Below the pieces are notes generated by a model. The model saw only the letters and a program-made list of their open reading frames with translations. It searched no databases and was not told where the DNA came from. DNA of 64,000 nucleotides from Candidatus Omnitrophota bacterium. GTDB lineage: Bacteria > Omnitrophota > Gorgyraeia > Zapsychrales > JANLHA01. The stretch lies in the NCBI GenBank assembly GCA_029560465.1, contig JAKQKX010000045.1, forward strand, positions 24,260-88,259, in the 5' to 3' direction. This document shows positions 62,068 through 64,000 of this stretch, piece by piece; position 1 is the stretch's first letter; each line of letters begins with the position of its first letter. The position numbers and the translations under genes are program-made.

Positions 62068-62110
62068 ACGATGCCGACTATGTCTTGTTGAAAGGCATAG
62101 TCGGCATCGT
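62068..62110 (-). terminator. 15-bp perfect inverted repeat hairpin about 30 nt downstream of pilA (attenuator/terminator candidate lacking a U-tract)
   Basis: ACGATGCCGACTATG-13 nt-CATAGTCGGCATCGT. Confidence 0.45.
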
Positions 62111-62142
62111 CATACCTCGTGACAGGTGTTTATTCCGCTTTA

Positions 62143-62511
62143 TTACGGTGTTTCAAAAGACCCGTCGGAAGAGTCATAGGCGTAAGAGCCGCCGTTCGGG
62201 CCGACATAGTTGCCGGAAGCGTCCACGGTCCAGTTTTCCGTGACCCCGCCCTGCGCCAGGACAGTGTCGAAACATACGTTAGTGGTTGCGCAATCGCCCG
62301 CAGAGGCCGAATCCAATGCCGAAGGCCAGCCCCTGTACTTCGCGAAATATGTCTGAATACCCGCCCGCACCCCGCCGATAATGCCTTTTTCCGCCGCCTC
62401 GTTGGCGTCATCCTGCAAATTAAAATATTGAGGGATCGCCACGGCCGCCAGAATCCCTAAAATAACAATAACCATAATCAGTTCAATCAGCGTAAACCCC
62501 TTTTTGTTCAT
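62143..62511 (-). CDS. pilA: type IV major pilin PilA
   Basis: MNKKG | FTLIELIMVIVILGILAAVAIPQY... canonical type IVa pilin N-terminus; 122 aa. Confidence 0.85.
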   Translation of the reverse strand: MNKKGFTLIELIMVIVILGILAAVAIPQYFNLQDDANEAAEKGIIGGVRAGIQTYFAKYRGWPSALDSASAGDCATTNVCFDTVLAQGGVTENWTVDASGNYVGPNGGSYAYDSSDGSFETP

Positions 62512-62700
62512 CCCGCTCCTCCTTTTGATAACGTATCATCTTTAGATTTTGATCACCTTGACGGCCCTCAGGCCTCAAACGTCAATCCTCCCTAAGAACC
62601 CCCTGCGACAATCTTCTCTTAATATCCATTCCCAATTATTTCTTACTATACATGGATAATATAAAGAGTCTAGAAAAAATTAAAAATTAATCAAAGGCTC

Positions 62701-63759
62701 TCATTTAAATAATTTCATCAGGCTCCACATCGGCATAAAGATGCCCAGGGCCAGGAACAACACCGTGCTGCCCAGGAAAATGATCAGGACCGGTTCGATC
62801 ATCGACACAAGGTTATTGATCGTGTACTCCACCTGGGAATCATAATAATCCGCCACATGCACCAGAAGTTCATCCAGTTTCCCGGTCTCTTCCCCCACAG
62901 AAACCATCTGGGTCACCACCGGAGGAAACAGCCCGCTGGCTTTCATCGGCGCGAGCATGCCCTTGCCGTCATTGACGCTGTTTTTGATATTTTCTATGGC
63001 CTCGGCGATAACGGTATTTCCAGAAGTCCCCTTGACCAAATCAAGGATCGTCAGGATCGGCACCCCGCTTTTTAATAGAGTGGATGTGATCCGGCAGAAC
63101 CGGGACAAACTGATCTTCTGAAGCATGGAGCCGAAGACCGGCAGCCTTAAAAGGGCCTTGTCGCGCATCAACCGCCCTTGCCGCGTTTGGACGATTTTAA
63201 AAAACGCGAAGGACAACAACCCCACGACAATCAGCACCATCCACCAGAAATGCACGATCATGTTATAAATCAGCAGGAGCATCTGGGTCGGGAGGGGCAG
63301 GGCTGTATCAAACTTCGCGAACATATTTGTAAATTTAGGGACGACGAACAGGATAAGGAAAACAAACCCCATGATCAACGTCACAACCACGATGAGAGGA
63401 TAACGCATCGCCGATTGGATGTGGAGCCGAATTTTTTCATCATGTTCCCCCAAGGTGGCCAAACGCTCGAGGATATGCTCAAGTTTCCCGGCCACTTCCC
63501 CCGAACGGACCATATTCACGTATATTGAATTGAAGACCGCAGGGAACATCGCCAGCGCCTCGGACAAGCTCGATCCGCCCTCAATCTTCTCCGCCACGTT
63601 TTTGATCACGTCCCTGAAAACAAGGTTTTCCGTCTGGTCCCGGATCGCCTGAAGGCTCAGCAGCATGGGCAACCCCGCTTTTTTCAGCGTGTAAAGCTGC
63701 CGGGTGAACATGTTGAGGTCGGCAAACTTGACCCTCTGGTGATTTCTTTTTACGCCCAT
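62701..63759 (-). CDS. pilC: type IV pilus inner-membrane platform protein PilC (GspF family)
   Basis: Two GspF repeats and three TM segments; 352 aa. Confidence 0.85.
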   Translation of the reverse strand: MGVKRNHQRVKFADLNMFTRQLYTLKKAGLPMLLSLQAIRDQTENLVFRDVIKNVAEKIEGGSSLSEALAMFPAVFNSIYVNMVRSGEVAGKLEHILERLATLGEHDEKIRLHIQSAMRYPLIVVVTLIMGFVFLILFVVPKFTNMFAKFDTALPLPTQMLLLIYNMIVHFWWMVLIVVGLLSFAFFKIVQTRQGRLMRDKALLRLPVFGSMLQKISLSRFCRITSTLLKSGVPILTILDLVKGTSGNTVIAEAIENIKNSVNDGKGMLAPMKASGLFPPVVTQMVSVGEETGKLDELLVHVADYYDSQVEYTINNLVSMIEPVLIIFLGSTVLFLALGIFMPMWSLMKLFK

Positions 63760-63788
63760 AACGTAAAAACTCCTTTACAAACCGCGGG

Positions 63789-64000
63789 TTATTCCGTCAA
63801 CGTGACCCGCAGGACCTCTTCCGGGGTGGTCACCCCGGCCCGGACCAGCTGCAACCCGGAATCCCTTAATGTTTTAAAACCCGCCTTTTTGGCATTCTTG
63901 CGGATTTCATCGGTCGAAGCCCTGGATTCAATATTCCGCCGGATGTCCTCGGTAATCAGAAGCAGTTCAAAAATTCCGGTCCTCCCCTTCAAACCGGTCC
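63789..64000 (-). CDS. pilB: type IV pilus assembly ATPase PilB/GspE, C-terminal fragment (gene continues beyond the window)
   Basis: C-terminal ...TGRTGIFELLLITEDIRRNI... typical of the GspE/PilB C-terminus. Confidence 0.8.
   Translation of the reverse strand, partial: TGLKGRTGIFELLLITEDIRRNIESRASTDEIRKNAKKAGFKTLRDSGLQLVRAGVTTPEEVLRVTLTE

Noticed and set aside
62512-62700. Possible c-di-GMP (GEMM) riboswitch or sigma54 promoter upstream of pilA.
   Set aside because: I could not find the GEMM conserved GNRA/receptor segments or a convincing TGGCAC-N5-TTGC element by eye. Only a nested palindrome is supported.

Overview
The window is 64 kb of a moderately GC-rich (about 55%) bacterial chromosome. 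Every gene I can support lies on the minus strand. The encoded functions point to an anaerobe: a class III anaerobic ribonucleotide reductase (nrdDG), a group 3b NADP-type [NiFe]-hydrogenase, and Feo ferrous-iron uptake.

On the minus strand, running from high to low coordinates:
- 64000-56528: a type IV pilus / T2SS-like locus. It holds a pilB fragment, pilC, the major pilin pilA, a CheY-like receiver, a Cys-rich PilX/GspK-like minor pilin, two pseudopilins, a fused PilM-PilN (GspL-like) protein, PilO and a PilP-like protein. No secretin gene is present.
- A 580-bp noncoding region carrying NrdR-box-like motifs.
- nrdD-nrdG.
- A group 3b [NiFe]-hydrogenase operon (beta-gamma-delta-alpha) with a maturation protease and a truncated hypA.
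- fur-feoA-feoB, sitting inside the maturation set hypF-hypC-hypD-hypE.
- An ArsB/NhaD-family permease, a radical SAM protein, a Pro/Ser-rich acidic protein, and pncA-pncB.
- A riboflavin operon, ribBA-ribH-nusB-PHP-ribD-ribE, preceded by a promoter, an FMN-riboswitch-like leader and an intrinsic terminator.
- A KAS-like protein whose catalytic Cys/His/His triad is replaced, followed by fabG and fabZ, then a HI0933/BaiN-type flavoprotein.
- A MORN-repeat protein and a second minor-pilin set (pilV/pilW/pilX-like), next to tRNA-Pro(CGG).
- An acylphosphatase, a metallophosphoesterase, ligA, a lipoprotein, xerD, a CCA-adding enzyme, rbfA, nrnA, truB and ribF.
- The dcw cluster: mraZ-rsmH-ftsL-ftsI-murE-murF-mraY-murD-ftsW-murG-murC-ddl, with no murB between murC and ddl. 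A near-consensus promoter and GTGG-type MraZ direct repeats sit upstream of mraZ.

No CRISPR array, transposon or prophage signature was seen. The features most worth a second look are:
- the secretin-less pilus locus, with its fused PilMN protein and a disulfide-rich minor pilin;
- the catalytically dead KAS homolog placed ahead of fabG-fabZ;
- the zinc-finger-less HypA, with no hypB in the window;
- the PHP phosphoesterase embedded in the riboflavin operon.
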